Shown: positions 18,001-32,800 of the stretch, piece after piece
How positions within the stretch are numbered: the first letter of the stretch is position 1
How the letters are laid out: every line of letters begins with the position of its first letter
From: the human T2T-CHM13v2.0 reference genome, Homo sapiens
Reading direction: 5' to 3' (one strand)
Assembly: GCF_009914755.1 (NCBI RefSeq)
Contig: NC_060937.1
Length of the DNA stretch: 64,000 nucleotides
The notes under the pieces: model-generated
Told to the model about the DNA's origin: nothing
What the model saw: only the letters and a program-made list of their open reading frames with translations
Databases searched by the model: none
Program-made: the position numbers and the translations under genes

Positions 18001-21000
18001 ATATCAAAGTACCCAAACTATACATTATATAGTGTACATAAAATATGAAATTACATCAAATATATATTATATTAGGTACATAAAATATGAAAGTACATCA
18101 AATATAGATTATATACTGTACATAAAATACCAAAGTACCCCAAATACATATTATATACTGTACATGAAATATCAAAGTTCACAAACTATATATTATATAC
18201 TGTACATAAAATATCAAAGTACCCAAGGTATATATTCTATACTGTACAAAAAATATCAAAGTACCCAAAGCATGTATTATATACTATACATAAAATATGA
18301 AAGTACATCAAATATATATTTTATTCTGTACATAAAATATCAAAGTACACCAAATATATATTCTATAGTGTACATAAAATATCAAAGTACCCAAACTATA
18401 CATTATATACTGTACATAAAATATGAAATTACATCAAATATATATTACCTTAGGTACATAAAATATGAAAGTACATCAAATATAGATTATATACTGTACA
18501 TAAAATACCAAAGTACCACAAATACATATTATATACTGTACATGCAATATCAAAGTTCACAAACTATATATTATATACTGTACATAAAATATCAAAACAC
18601 CCAAGGTATATATTCTATACTGTACAAAAAATATAAAAGTACCCAAAACATGTATTATATACTGTACATAAAATATGAAAGTACATCAAATATATATTTT
18701 ATTCTGTACATAAAATATCAAAGTACACCAAATATATATTCTATAGTGTACATAAAATATCAAAGTACCCAAACTATACATTATATACTGTACATAAAAT
18801 ATGAAATTACATCAAATATATATTATAATAGGTACATAAAATATGAAAGTACATCAAATATAAATTATGTACTGTACATAAAATACCAAAGAACCCCAAA
18901 TATATATTATATACTGTACATGAAATATCAAAGTTCACAAACTATATATTATATACTGTACATAAAATATCAAAGTACCCAAGGTATATATTCTATACTG
19001 TACAAAAAATATCAAAGTACCCAAAGCATGTATCATATACTGTACATAAAATATGAAAGTACATCAAATATATATTTTATTCTGTACATAAAATATCAAA
19101 GTACACCAAATATATATTCTATAGTGTGCATAAAATATCAAAGTACCCAAACTATACATTTTATACTGTACATAAAATATGAAATTATATCAAATATATA
19201 TTACATTAGGTACATAAAATATGAAAGTACATCAAATATAGATTATATACTGTACATAAAATATCAAATTACCCCAAATATATATTATATACTGTACATG
19301 AAATATCAAAGTTCACAAACTATATATTATATACTGTACATAAAATATCAAAGTACCCAAGGTATATATTCTGTACTGTACAAAAAATATCAAAGTACCC
19401 AAAGCATGTATTATATACTGTACATAAAATATGAAAGTACATCAAATAAATGTTTTATTCTGTACATAAAATATCAAAGTACACCAAATATATATTCTAC
19501 ACTGTACATAAAATATCAAAGTACCCAAACTATACATTATAAACTGTACATAAAATATGAAATTACATCAATATATACTATATTATGTACATAAAATATG
19601 AAAGTACATCAAATATAGATTATATACTGTACATAAAATACCAAAGTACACCAAATATATATTTTATACTGTACATGCAATATCACAGTTCACAAACTAT
19701 ATATTATATACTGTACATAAAATATCAAAGTACCCAAGGTATATATTCTATACTGTGCAAAAAATATCAAAGTACCCAAAGCATGTATTATATACTGTAC
19801 ATAAAATATGAAAGTACATCAAATATATATTTTATTCTGTACATAAAATATCAAAGTACACTAAATATATATTCTATAGTGTACATAAAATATCAAAGTA
19901 CCCAAACTATACATTATATAGTGTACATAAAATATGAAATTACATCAAATATATATTATATTAGGTACATAAAATATGAAAGTACATCAAATATAGATTA
20001 TATACTGTACATAAAATACCAAAGTACCCCAAATACATATTATATACTGTACATGAAATATCAAAGTTCACAAACTATATATTATATACTGTACATAAAA
20101 TATCAAAGTACCCAAGGTATATATTCTATACTGTACAAAAAATATCAAAGTACCCCAAGCAAGTATTATATACTGTACATAAAATATGAAAGTACATCAA
20201 ATATATATTTTATTCTGTACATAAAGTATCAAAGTACACCAAATATATATTCTATAGTGTACATAAAATATCAAAGTACCCAAACTATACATTATATACT
20301 GTAGATAAAATATGAAATTACATCAAATATATATTATATTAGGTACTTAAAATATGAAAGTACATCAAATATAAATTATATACTGTACATAAAATACCAA
20401 AGTACCCCAAGTATATATTATATACTGTACATGCAATATCAAAGTTCACAAACTATATATCATATACTGTACATAAAATATCAAAGTACCGAAGGTATAT
20501 ATTCTATAGTGTACAAAAAATATGAAAGTACGCAAAGCATGTATTATATACTGTACATAAAATATGAAAGTACATCAAATATATATTTTATTCTGTACAT
20601 AAAATATCAAAGTACACCAAATATATATTCTACAGTGTACATAAAATATCAAAGTACCCAAACTATACATTATATACAGTACATAAAATATGAAATTACA
20701 TCAAATATATATTATAATAGGTACATAAAATATGAAAGTACATCAAATATAAATTATATACTGTACATAAAATACCAAAGAACCCCAAATATATATTATA
20801 TACTGTACATGAAATATCAAAGTTCACAAGCTATATATTATATACAGTATATAAAATATCAAAGTACCCAAGGTATATATTCTATACTGTACAAAAAATA
20901 TCAAAGTACCCAAAGCATGTATTATATACTGTACATAAAATATGAAAGTACATCAAATATATATTTTATTCTGTACATAAAATATCAAAGTACACCAAAT

Positions 21001-22230
21001 ATATATTCTATAGTGTACATAAAATATCAAAGTACCCAAACTATACATTATATACTGTACATAAAATATGAAATTACATCAAATATATATTACCTTAGGT
21101 ACATAAAATATGAAAGTACATCAAATATAGATTATATACTGTACATAAAATACCAAAGTACCCCAAATACATATTATATACTGTACATGCAATATCAAAG
21201 TTCACAAACTATATATTATATACTGTACATAAAATATCAAAGCACCCAAGGTATATATTCTATACTGTACAAAAAATATAAAAGTACCCAAAACATGTAT
21301 TATATACTGTACATAAAATATGAAAGTACATCAAATATATATTTTATTCTGTACATAAAATATCAAAGTACACCAAATATATATTCTATAGTGTACATAA
21401 AATATCAAAGTACCCAAACTATACATTATATACTGTACATAAAATATGAAATTACATCAAATATATATTATAATAGGTACATAAAATATGAAAGTACATC
21501 AAATATAAATTATGTACTGTACATAAAATACCAAAGAACCCCAAATATATATTATATACTGTACATGAAATATCAAAGTTCACAAACTATATATTATATA
21601 CTGTACATAAAATATCAAAGTACCCAAGGTATATATTCTATACTGTACAAAAAATATCAAAGTACCCAAAGCATGTATCATATACTGTACATAAAATATG
21701 AAAGTACATCAAATATATATTTTATTCTGTACATAAAATATCAAAGTACAGCAAATATATATTCTATAGTGTACATAAAATATCAAAGTACCCAAACTAT
21801 ACATTTTATACTGTACATAAAATATGAAATTATATCAAATATATATTACATTAGGTACATAAAATATGAAAGTACATCAAATATAGATTATATACTGTAC
21901 ATAAAATATCAAATTACCCCAAATATATATTATATACTGTACATGAAATATCAAAGTTCACAAACTATATATTATATACTGTACATAAAATATCAAAGTA
22001 CCCAAGGTATATATTCTGTACTGTACAAAAAATATCAAAGTACCCAAAGCATGTATTATATACTGTACATAAAATATGAAAGTACATCAAATAAATGTTT
22101 TATTCTGTACATAAAATATCAAAGTACACCAAATATATATTCTACACTGTACATAAAATATCAAAGTACCCAAACTATACATTATAAACTGTACATAAAA
22201 TATGAAATTACATCAATATATACTATATTA
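1..22230 (+). repeat. Sub-domain A1: homogeneous, recently amplified multimers of the 378-bp unit, marked by a 41-bp G monomer
   Basis: The variant TACATCAATATATACTATATTATGTAC (1-bp deletion plus substitutions) occurs 13 times, about 15 bp upstream of ORF starts 1075, 2208, 3719, 4852, 6363, 7118, 10140, 12785, 14296, 16185, 17696, 19585 and 22230. Several ORF translations are identical between blocks. Confidence 0.9.
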
Positions 22231-25200
22231 TGTACATAAAATATGAAAGTACATCAAATATAGATTATATACTGTACATAAAATACCAAAGTACACCAAA
22301 TATATATTTTATACTGTACATGCAATATCACAGTTCACAAACTATATATTATATACTGTACATAAAATATCAAAGTACCCAAGGTATATATTCTGTACTG
22401 TACAAAAAATATCAAAGTACCCAAAGCATGTATTATATACTGTACATAAAATATGAAAGTACATCAAATAAATGTTTTATTCTGTACATAAAATATCAAA
22501 GTACACCAAATATATATTCTACACTGTACATAAAATATCAAAGTACCCAAACTATACATTATATACTGTACATAAAATATGAAATTACATCAAATATATA
22601 TTTCTTTAGGTACATAAAATATGAAAGTACATCAAATATAGATTATATACTGTACATAAAATATCAAAGTACCCCAAATATATATTATATACTGTACATG
22701 AAATATCAAAGTTCACAAACTATATATTATATACTGTACATAAAATATCAAAGTACCCAAGGTATATATTCTATACTGCACAAAAAATATCAAAGTACCC
22801 AAAGCATGTATTATATACTGTACATAAAATATGAAAGTACATCAAATAAATATTTTATTCTGTACATAAAATATCAAAGTACACCAAATATATATTATAT
22901 ACTGTACATAAAATATCAAAGTACCCAAACTATACATTATATACTGTACATAAAATATGAAATTACATCAAATATATATTATATTAGGTACATAAAATAT
23001 GAAAGTACATCAAACATAAATTATATACTGTACATAAAATACCAAAGTACCCCAAATATATATTATATACTGTACATGCAATATCAAAGTTCACAAACTA
23101 TATATCATATACTGTACATAAAATATCAAAGTACCCAAGGTATATATTCTATACTGTACAAAAAATATCAAAGTACCCAAAGCATGTATTATATACTGTA
23201 CATAAAATATGAAAGTACATCAAATATATATTTTATTCTGTACATAAAATATCAAAGTACACCAAATATATATTCTATAGTGTACATAAAATATCAAAGT
23301 ACCCAAACTATACATTATATACTGTACATAAAATATGAAATTACATCAAATATATATTACCTTAGGTACATAAAATATGAAAGTACATCAAATATAGATT
23401 ATATACTCTACATAAAATACCAAAGTACCCCAAATACATATTATATACTGTACATGCAATATCAAAGTTCACACACTATATATTATATACTGTACATAAA
23501 ATATCAAAGTACCGAAGCTATATATTCTATACTGTACAAAAAATATCAAAGTACCCAAAGCATGTATTATATACTGTACATAAAATATGAAAGTACATCA
23601 AATATATATTTAATTCTGTACATAAAATATCAAAGTACACCAAATATATATTCTATAGTGTACATAAAATATCAAAGTACCCAAACTATACATTGTATAC
23701 TGTACATAAAATATGAAATTACATCAAATATATATTATATTAGGTACATAAAGAATGAAAGTACATCAAATATAGATTATATACTGTACATAAAATACCA
23801 AAGTACCCCAAATACATATTATATACTGTACATGAAATATCAAAGTTCACAAACTATATATTATATACTGTACATAAAATATCAAAGTACCGAAGGTATA
23901 TATTCTATACTGTACAAAAAATATCAAAGTACCCAAAGCATGTATCATATACTGTACATAAAATATGAAAGTACATCAAATATATATTTTATTTTGTACA
24001 TAAAATATCAGTATACCAAATATATATTCTATAGTGTACTTAAAATATCAAAGTACCCAAACTGTACACTACATACTGTACATAAAATATGAAATTACAT
24101 CAAATATATATTATATTAGGTACATAAAATATGAAAGTACATCAACTATAATTTTATACTGTACATAAAATACCAAAGTACCCCAAATATATATAATATA
24201 CTGTACATAAAATATCAAAGTACCGAAAGTATATAGTCTATACTGTACAAAAAATATCAAAGTACCCAAAGCATGTATTATATACTGTACATAAATTATG
24301 AAAGTACATCAAATATATATTTTATTCTGTACATAAAATATCAAAGTACACCAAATATATACTCTATAGTGTACATAAAATATCAAAGTACCCAAACTAT
24401 ACATTATATACTGTACATAAAATATGAAATTACATCAAATATATATTATAATAGGTACATAAAATATGAAAGTACATCAAATATAAATTATATACTGTAC
24501 ATAAAATACCAAAGAACCCCAAATATATATTATATACTGTACATGAAATATCAAAGTTCACAAACTATATATTATATACTGTATATAAAATATCAAAGTA
24601 CCCAAGGTATATATTCTATACTGTACAAAAAATATCAAAGTACCCAAAGCATGTATTATATACTGTTCATAAAATATGAAAGTACATCAAATATATATTT
24701 TATTCTGTACATAAAATATCAAAGCACGCCAAATATATATTCTATAGTGTACATTAAATATCAAAGTATCCAAACTATACATTATATACTGTACATAATA
24801 TATGAAATTACATCAAATATATATTATATTAGGTACATAAAATATGAAAGTACATCAAATATAGATTATATACTCTACATAAAATACCAAAGTACCCCAA
24901 ATACATATTATATACTGTACATGAAATATCAAAGTTCACAAACTATATATTATATACTGTACATAAAATATCAAAGTACCAAAAGTATATATTCTATACT
25001 GTACAAAAAATATCAAAGTACCCAAAGCATGTATTATATAGTGTACATAAAATATGAATGTACATCAAATATATATTTTATTCTGTACATAAAATATCAA
25101 AGTACACCAAATATATATTCTATAGTGTACATAAAATATCAAAGTACCCAAACTATACATTATATACTGCACATAAAATATGAAATTACATCAAATATAT

Positions 25201-26850
25201 ATTATATTAGGTACATAAAATATGAAAGTACATCAAATATATATTATATACTCTTCATAAAATACCAAAGTACCCCAAATACATATTATATACTGTACAT
25301 GCAATATCAAAGTTCACACACTATATATTATATACTGTACATAAAATATCAAAGTACCGAAGCTATATATTCTATACTGTACAAAAAATATCAAAGTACC
25401 CAAAGCATGTATCATATACTGTACATAAAATATGAAAGTACATCAAATATATATTTAATTCTGTACATAAAATATCAAAGTACACCAAATATATATTCTA
25501 TAGTGTACATAAAATATCAAAGTACCCAAACTATACATTATATACTGTACATAAAATATGAAATTACATCAAATATATATTACATTAGGTACATAAAATA
25601 TGAAAGTACATCAAATATAGATTATATACTGTACATAAAATACCAAAGTACCCCAAATACATATTATATACTGTACATGCAATATCAAAGTTCACAAACT
25701 ATATATTATATACTGTACATAAAATATCAAAGTACCCAAGGTATATATTCTATACTCTACAAAAAATATAAAACTACGCAAAGCATGTATTATATACTGT
25801 ACATAAAATATGAAAGTACATCAAATATATATTTTATTCTGTACATAATATATCAAAGTACACCAAATATATATTCTATAGTGTACATAAAATATCAAAG
25901 TACCCAAACCATACATTATATCCTGTACATAAAATATGAAATTACATCAAATATATATTATAATAGGTACATAAAATATGAAAGTACATCAAATATAAAT
26001 TATATACTGTACATAAAATACCAAAGAACCCCAAATATATATTATATACTGTACATGAAATATCAAAGTTCACAAACTATATATTATATACTGTATATAA
26101 AATATCAAAGTACCCAAGGTATATATTCTATACTGTACAAAAAATATCAAAGTACCCAAAGCATGTATTATATACTGTTCATAAAATATGAAAGTACATC
26201 AAATATATATTTTATTCTGTACATAAAATATCAAAGTACACCAAATATATATTCTATAGTGTACATTAAATATCAAAGTACCCAAACTATACATTATATA
26301 CTGTACATAAAATATGAAATTACATCAAATATATATTATATTAGGTACATAAAATATGAAAGTACATCAAATATAGATTATATACTGTACATAAAATACC
26401 AAAGTACCCCAAATACATATTATATACTGTACATGAAATATCAAAGTTCACAAACTATATATTATATACTGTACATAAAATATCAAAGTACCAAAAGTAT
26501 ATATTCTATACTGTACAAAAAATATCAAAGTACCCAAAGCATGTATTATATACTGTACATAAAATATGAAAGTACATCAAATATATATTTTATTCTGTAC
26601 ATAAAATATCAAAGTACACCAAATATATATTCTATAGTGTACATAAAATATCAAAGTACCCCAAATATACATTATATTCTGTACATAAAATATGATATTA
26701 CATCAAATATATATTATATTAGGTACATAAAATATGAAAGTGCATCAAATATATATTATATACTCTACATAAAATACCAAAGTACCCCAAATACATATTA
26801 TATACTGTACATGCAATATCAAAGTTCACACACTATATATTATATACTGT
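22231..26850 (+). repeat. Sub-domain A2: more diverged 378-bp units with many private variants
   Basis: No further deletion marker. Many one- or two-copy substitutions, small deletions near 24010 and 24150, and one unit lacking monomer A near 24200. Confidence 0.8.
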
Positions 26851-27187
26851 ACATAAAATATCAAAGTACCCAAGGTATATATTCCATACTGTACAAAAAA
26901 TATCAAAGTACCCAAAGCATATATTATATGCTGTACATAAAATATGAAAGTACATGAAATATATATTTTATTCTCTACATAAAATATCAAAGTACACCAA
27001 ATATATATTCTATACTGTAAATAAAATATCAAGGTACCCAAACTATACATTATATACTGTACATAAAATATGAAATTACATCAAATATATATTATATTAG
27101 GTACATAAAATATGAAAGTACATCAAATATAGATTCAATACTGTACATAAAATATCAAAGTACCCAAATATATATCATATACTGTAC

Positions 27188-29871
27188 ATGAAATATCAAA
27201 GTTCACAAACTATACGTTATATACTGTACATGAAATATGAAATTACATCAAATATATATTTTATTAGGTATGTAAAATATGAAAGTACATCAAATATAGA
27301 TTATATACTGTACATAAAATACCAAAGTACCCCAAATATATATTTTATACTGTACATGAAATATCAAGGTACCCAAACTATACATTATATACTGTACATA
27401 AAATATGAAATTACATCTAATTTAGATTATATTAGGTACATAAAATATGAAATTACATCAAATATATATTATATTAGGTATGTAAAATATGAAAGTACAT
27501 CAAATATAGATTATATACTGTACATAAAATACCAAAGTACCCCAAATATATATTTTATACTGTACATGAAATATCAACGTTCTCAAACTATATATTATAT
27601 ACTGCACATAAAATATCAAAGTACCCAAACTATATATTCCATACTGTACAAAAAATATCAAAGTACCCAAAGCATATATTATATGCTACACATAAAATAT
27701 GAAAGTACATCAAATATATATTTTATTCTGCACATAAAATATAAAAGTACACCAAATATATATTCTATACTGTACATAAAATATCAAAGTACCCAAACTA
27801 TACATTATATACTGTACATAAAATATGAAATTACATCAAATATATATTATATTAGGTACATAAAAAATGAAAGTACATCAAATATAGATTATATACTGTA
27901 CATAAAATATCAAAGTACCCAAATATATATCATATACTGTACATGAAATATCAAAGTTCACAAACTATATATTATATACTGTACATAAAATATCAAAGTA
28001 CCCAAACTATACATTATATACTGTACATAAAATATGAAATTGCATCAAATATATATTATATTATGTATGTAAAATATGAAAGTACATCAAATATAGATTA
28101 TATACTGTACATAAAATACCAAAGTACCCCAAATATATATTTTATACTGTACATGAAATATCAAAGTACTCAAACTATATATTATATACTGCACATAAAA
28201 TATCAAAGTACCCAAGGTATATATTCCATACTGTACAAAAAATATCAAAGTACCCAAAGCATATATTATATGCTGTACATAAAATATGAAAGTACATGAA
28301 ATATATATTTTATTCTCTACATAAAATATCAAAGTACACCAAATATATATTCTATACTGTAAATAAAATATCAAGGTACCCAAACTATACATTATATACT
28401 GTACGTAAAATATGAAATTTCATCAAATATATATTATATTAGGTACATAAAATATGAAAGTACATCAAATATAGATTCTATACTGTACATAAAATATCAA
28501 AGTACCCAAATATATATCATATACTGTACATGAAATATCAAAGTTCACAAACTATACGTTATATACTGTACATGAAATATGAAATTACATCAAATATATA
28601 TTTTATTAGGTATGTAAAATATGAAAGTACATCAAATATAGATTATATACTGTACATAAAATACCAAAGTACCCCAAATATATATTTTATACTGTACATG
28701 AAATATCAAGGTACCCAAACTATACATTATATACTGTACATAAAATATGAAATTACATCAAATTTAGATTATATTAGGTACATAAAATATGAAATTACTT
28801 CAAATATATATTATATTAGGTATGTAAAATATGAAAGTACATCAAATATAGATTATATACTGTACATAAAATACCAAAGTACCCCAAATATATATTTTAT
28901 ACTGTACATGAAATATCAACGTTCTCAAACTATATATTATATACTGCACATAAAATATCAAAGTACCCAAACTATATATTCCATACTGTACAAAAAATAT
29001 CAAAGTACCCACAGCATATATTATATGCTACACATAAAATATGAAAGTACATCAAATATATATTTTATTCTGTACATAAAATATCAAAGTACACCAAATA
29101 TATATTCTATACTGTACATAAAATATCAAGGTACCCAAACTATACATTATATACTGTACATAAAATATGAAATTACATCAAATATATATTATATTAGGTA
29201 CATAAAAAATGAAAGTACATCAAATATAGATTATATACTGTACATAAAATATCAAAGTACCCAAATATATATCATATACTGTACATGAAATATCAAAGTT
29301 CACAAACTATATATTATATACTGTACATAAAATATCAAAGTACCCAAACTATACATTATAAACTGTACATAAAATATGAAATTGCATCAAATATAGATTA
29401 TATTATGTATGTAAAATATGAAAGTACATCAAATATAGATTATATACTGTACATAAAATACCAAAGTACCCCAAATATATATTTTATACTGTACATGAAA
29501 TATCAAAGTACTCAAACTATATATTATATACTGCACATAAAATATCAAAGTACCCAAGGTATATATTCCATACTGTACAAAAAATATCAAAGTACCCAAA
29601 GCATATATTATATGCTGTACATAAAATATGAAAGTATATGAAATATATATTTTATTCTCTACATAAAATATCAAAGTACACCAAATATATATTCTATACT
29701 GTAAATAAAATATCAAGGTACCCAAACTATACATTATATACTGTACATAAAATATGAAATTACATCAAATATATATTATATTAGGTACATAAAATATGAA
29801 AGTACATCAAATATAGATTATATACTTTACATAAAATATCAAAGTACCCAAATATATGTCATATACTGTAC
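27188..29871 (+). repeat. Alternating 755-bp 18-mer / 587-bp 14-mer (1,342-bp period, 2 copies)
   Basis: Unit starts at 27188, 27943, 28530, 29285 give spacings 755, 587, 755. The 18-mer carries CTATACGTTAT, AATTTAGATT and CAACGTTCTC. Confidence 0.9.
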
Positions 29872-32800
29872 ATGAAATATCAAAGTTCACAAACTATATA
29901 TTATATACTGTACATAAAATATGAAATTACATCAAATATATATTATATTAGGTACAGAAAATATGAAATTACATCAAATATATATTATATTAGGTATGTA
30001 AAATATGAAAGTACATCAAATATAGATTATATATTGTACATAAAATACCAAAGTACCCCAAATATATATTTTATACTGTACATGAAATATCAAAGTTCTC
30101 AAACTATATATTATATAGTGCACATAAAATATCAAAGTACCCAAGGTATATATTCCATACTGTACAAAAATTATCAAAGTACCCAAAGCATATATTATAT
30201 GCTGTACATAAAATATGAAAGTACATCAAGTATATATTTTATTCTGTACATAAAATATCAAAGTACACCAAATATATACTCTATACTGTACATAAAATAT
30301 CAAGGTACCCAAACTATACATTATATACTGTACATAAGATATGAAATTACATCAAATATATATTATATTAGGTATGTAAAATATGAAAGTACATCAAATA
30401 TAGATTATATACTGTACATAAAATATCAAAGTACCCAAATATATATCATATATTGTACATGAAATATCAAAGTTCACAAACTATATATTATATACTGTAC
30501 ATAAAATATAAAAGTACCCAAACTATACATTATATACTGTACATAAAATATGAAATTACATCAAATATATATTTTATTAGGTATGTAAAATATGAAAGTA
30601 CATCAAATATAGATTATATACTGTACATAAAATACCAAAGTACCCCAAATATATATTTTATACTGTACATGAAATATCAAAGTTCTCAAACTCTATATTA
30701 TATACTGCACATAAAATATCAAAGTACCCAAGGTATATATTCCATACTGTACAAAAAATGTCAAAGTACCCAAAGCATATATTATATGCTGTACATAAAA
30801 TTTGAAAGTACATCAAATATATATTTTATTCTGTACATAAAATATCAAAGTACACCAAATATATATTCTATACTGTACATAAAATATCAAGGTACCCAAA
30901 CTATACATTATATACTGTACATAAAATATGAAATTACATCAAATATATATTATATTAGGTACATAAAATATGAAAGTACATCAAATATAGATTATATACT
31001 GTACATAAAATATCAAACTACACAAATATATATCATATACTGTACATGAAATATCAAGGTACCCAAACTATACATTATATACTGTACATAAAATATGAAA
31101 TTACATCAAATATATATTATATTAGGTACAGAAAATATGAAATTACATCAAATATATATTATATTAGGTATGTAAAATATGAAAGTACATCAAATATAGA
31201 TTATATACTGTACATAAAATACCAAAGTACCCCAAATATATATTTTATACTGTACATGAAATATCAAAGTTCTCAAACTATATATTATATACTGCACATA
31301 AAATATCAAAGTACCCAAGCTATATATTCCATACTGTACAAAAAATATCAAAGTACCCAAAGCATATATTATATGCTGTCCATAAAATATGAAAGTATAT
31401 CAAATATATATTTTATTCTGTACATAAAATATCAAAGTACACCAAATATATATTCTATACTGTACATAAAATATCAAGGTACCCAAACTATACATTATAT
31501 ACTGTACATAAGATATGAAATTACATCAAATATACATTATATTAGGTACATAAAATATGAAAGTACATCAAATATAGATTATATACTGTACATAAAATCT
31601 CAAAGTACCCAAATATATATCATATACTGTACATGAAATATCAAAGTTCACAAACTATATATTATATACTGTAAATAAAATATCAAAGTACCCAAACTAT
31701 ACATTATATACTGTACATAAAATATGAAATTACATCAAATATATATTTTATTAGGTATGTAAAATATGAAAGTACATCAAATATAGATTATATACTGTAC
31801 ATAAAATACCAAAGTACCCCAAATATATATTTTATACTGTACATGAAATATCAAAGTTCTCAAACTATATATTATATACTGCACATAAAATATCAAAGTA
31901 CCCAAGGTATATATTCCATACTGTACAAAAAATATCAAAGTACCCAAAGCATATATTATATGCTGTACATAAAATATGAAAGTACATGAAATATATATTT
32001 TATTCTCTACATAAAATATCAAAGTACACCAAATATATATTCTACACTGTACATAAAATATCAAGGTACCCAAACTATACATTATATACTGTACATAAAA
32101 TATGAAATTACATCAAATATATATTATATTAGGTACATAAAATATGAAAGTACATCAAATATAGATTATATACTGTACAAAAAATATCAAAGTACCCAAA
32201 TATATACCATATACTGTACATGAAATATCAAAGTTCACAAACTATATATTATATAGTGTACATAAAATATCAAAGTACCCAAACTATACATTATATACTG
32301 TACATAAAATATGAAATTACATCAAATATATATTTTATTAGGTATGTAAAATATGAAAGTACATCAAATATAGATTATATACTGTACATAAAATACCAAA
32401 GTACCCCAAATATATATTTTATACTGTACATGAAATATCAAAGTTCTCAAACTATATATTATATAGTGCACATAAAATATCAAAGTACCCAAGGTATATA
32501 TTCCATACTGTACAAAAATTATCAAAGTACCCAAAGCATATATTATATGCTGTACATAAAATATGAAAGTACATGAAATATATATTTTATTCTGTACATA
32601 AAATATCAAAGTACACCAAATATATATTCTATACTGTACATAAAATATCAAGGTACCCAAACTATACATTATATACTGTACATAAGATATGAAATTACAT
32701 CAAATATATATTATATTAGGTACATAAAATATGAAAGTACATCAAATATAGATTATATACTGTACATAAAATCTCAAAGTACCCAAATATATATCATATA

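Larger units (their letters stand above)
1..26850 (+). repeat. Domain A: 378-bp 9-mer higher-order repeat (monomers A-I)
   Basis: Translated monomers cycle in fixed order: A YQSSQTIYYILYIK, B YQSTQGIYSILYKK, C YQSTQSMYYILYIK, D YESTSNIYFILYIK, E YQSTPNIYSIVYIK, F YQSTQTIHYILYIK, G YEITSNIYYIRYIK, H YESTSNIDYILYIK, I YQSTPNIYYILYMK. GTTCACAAA recurs every 378 bp (9x42). Confidence 0.95.
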
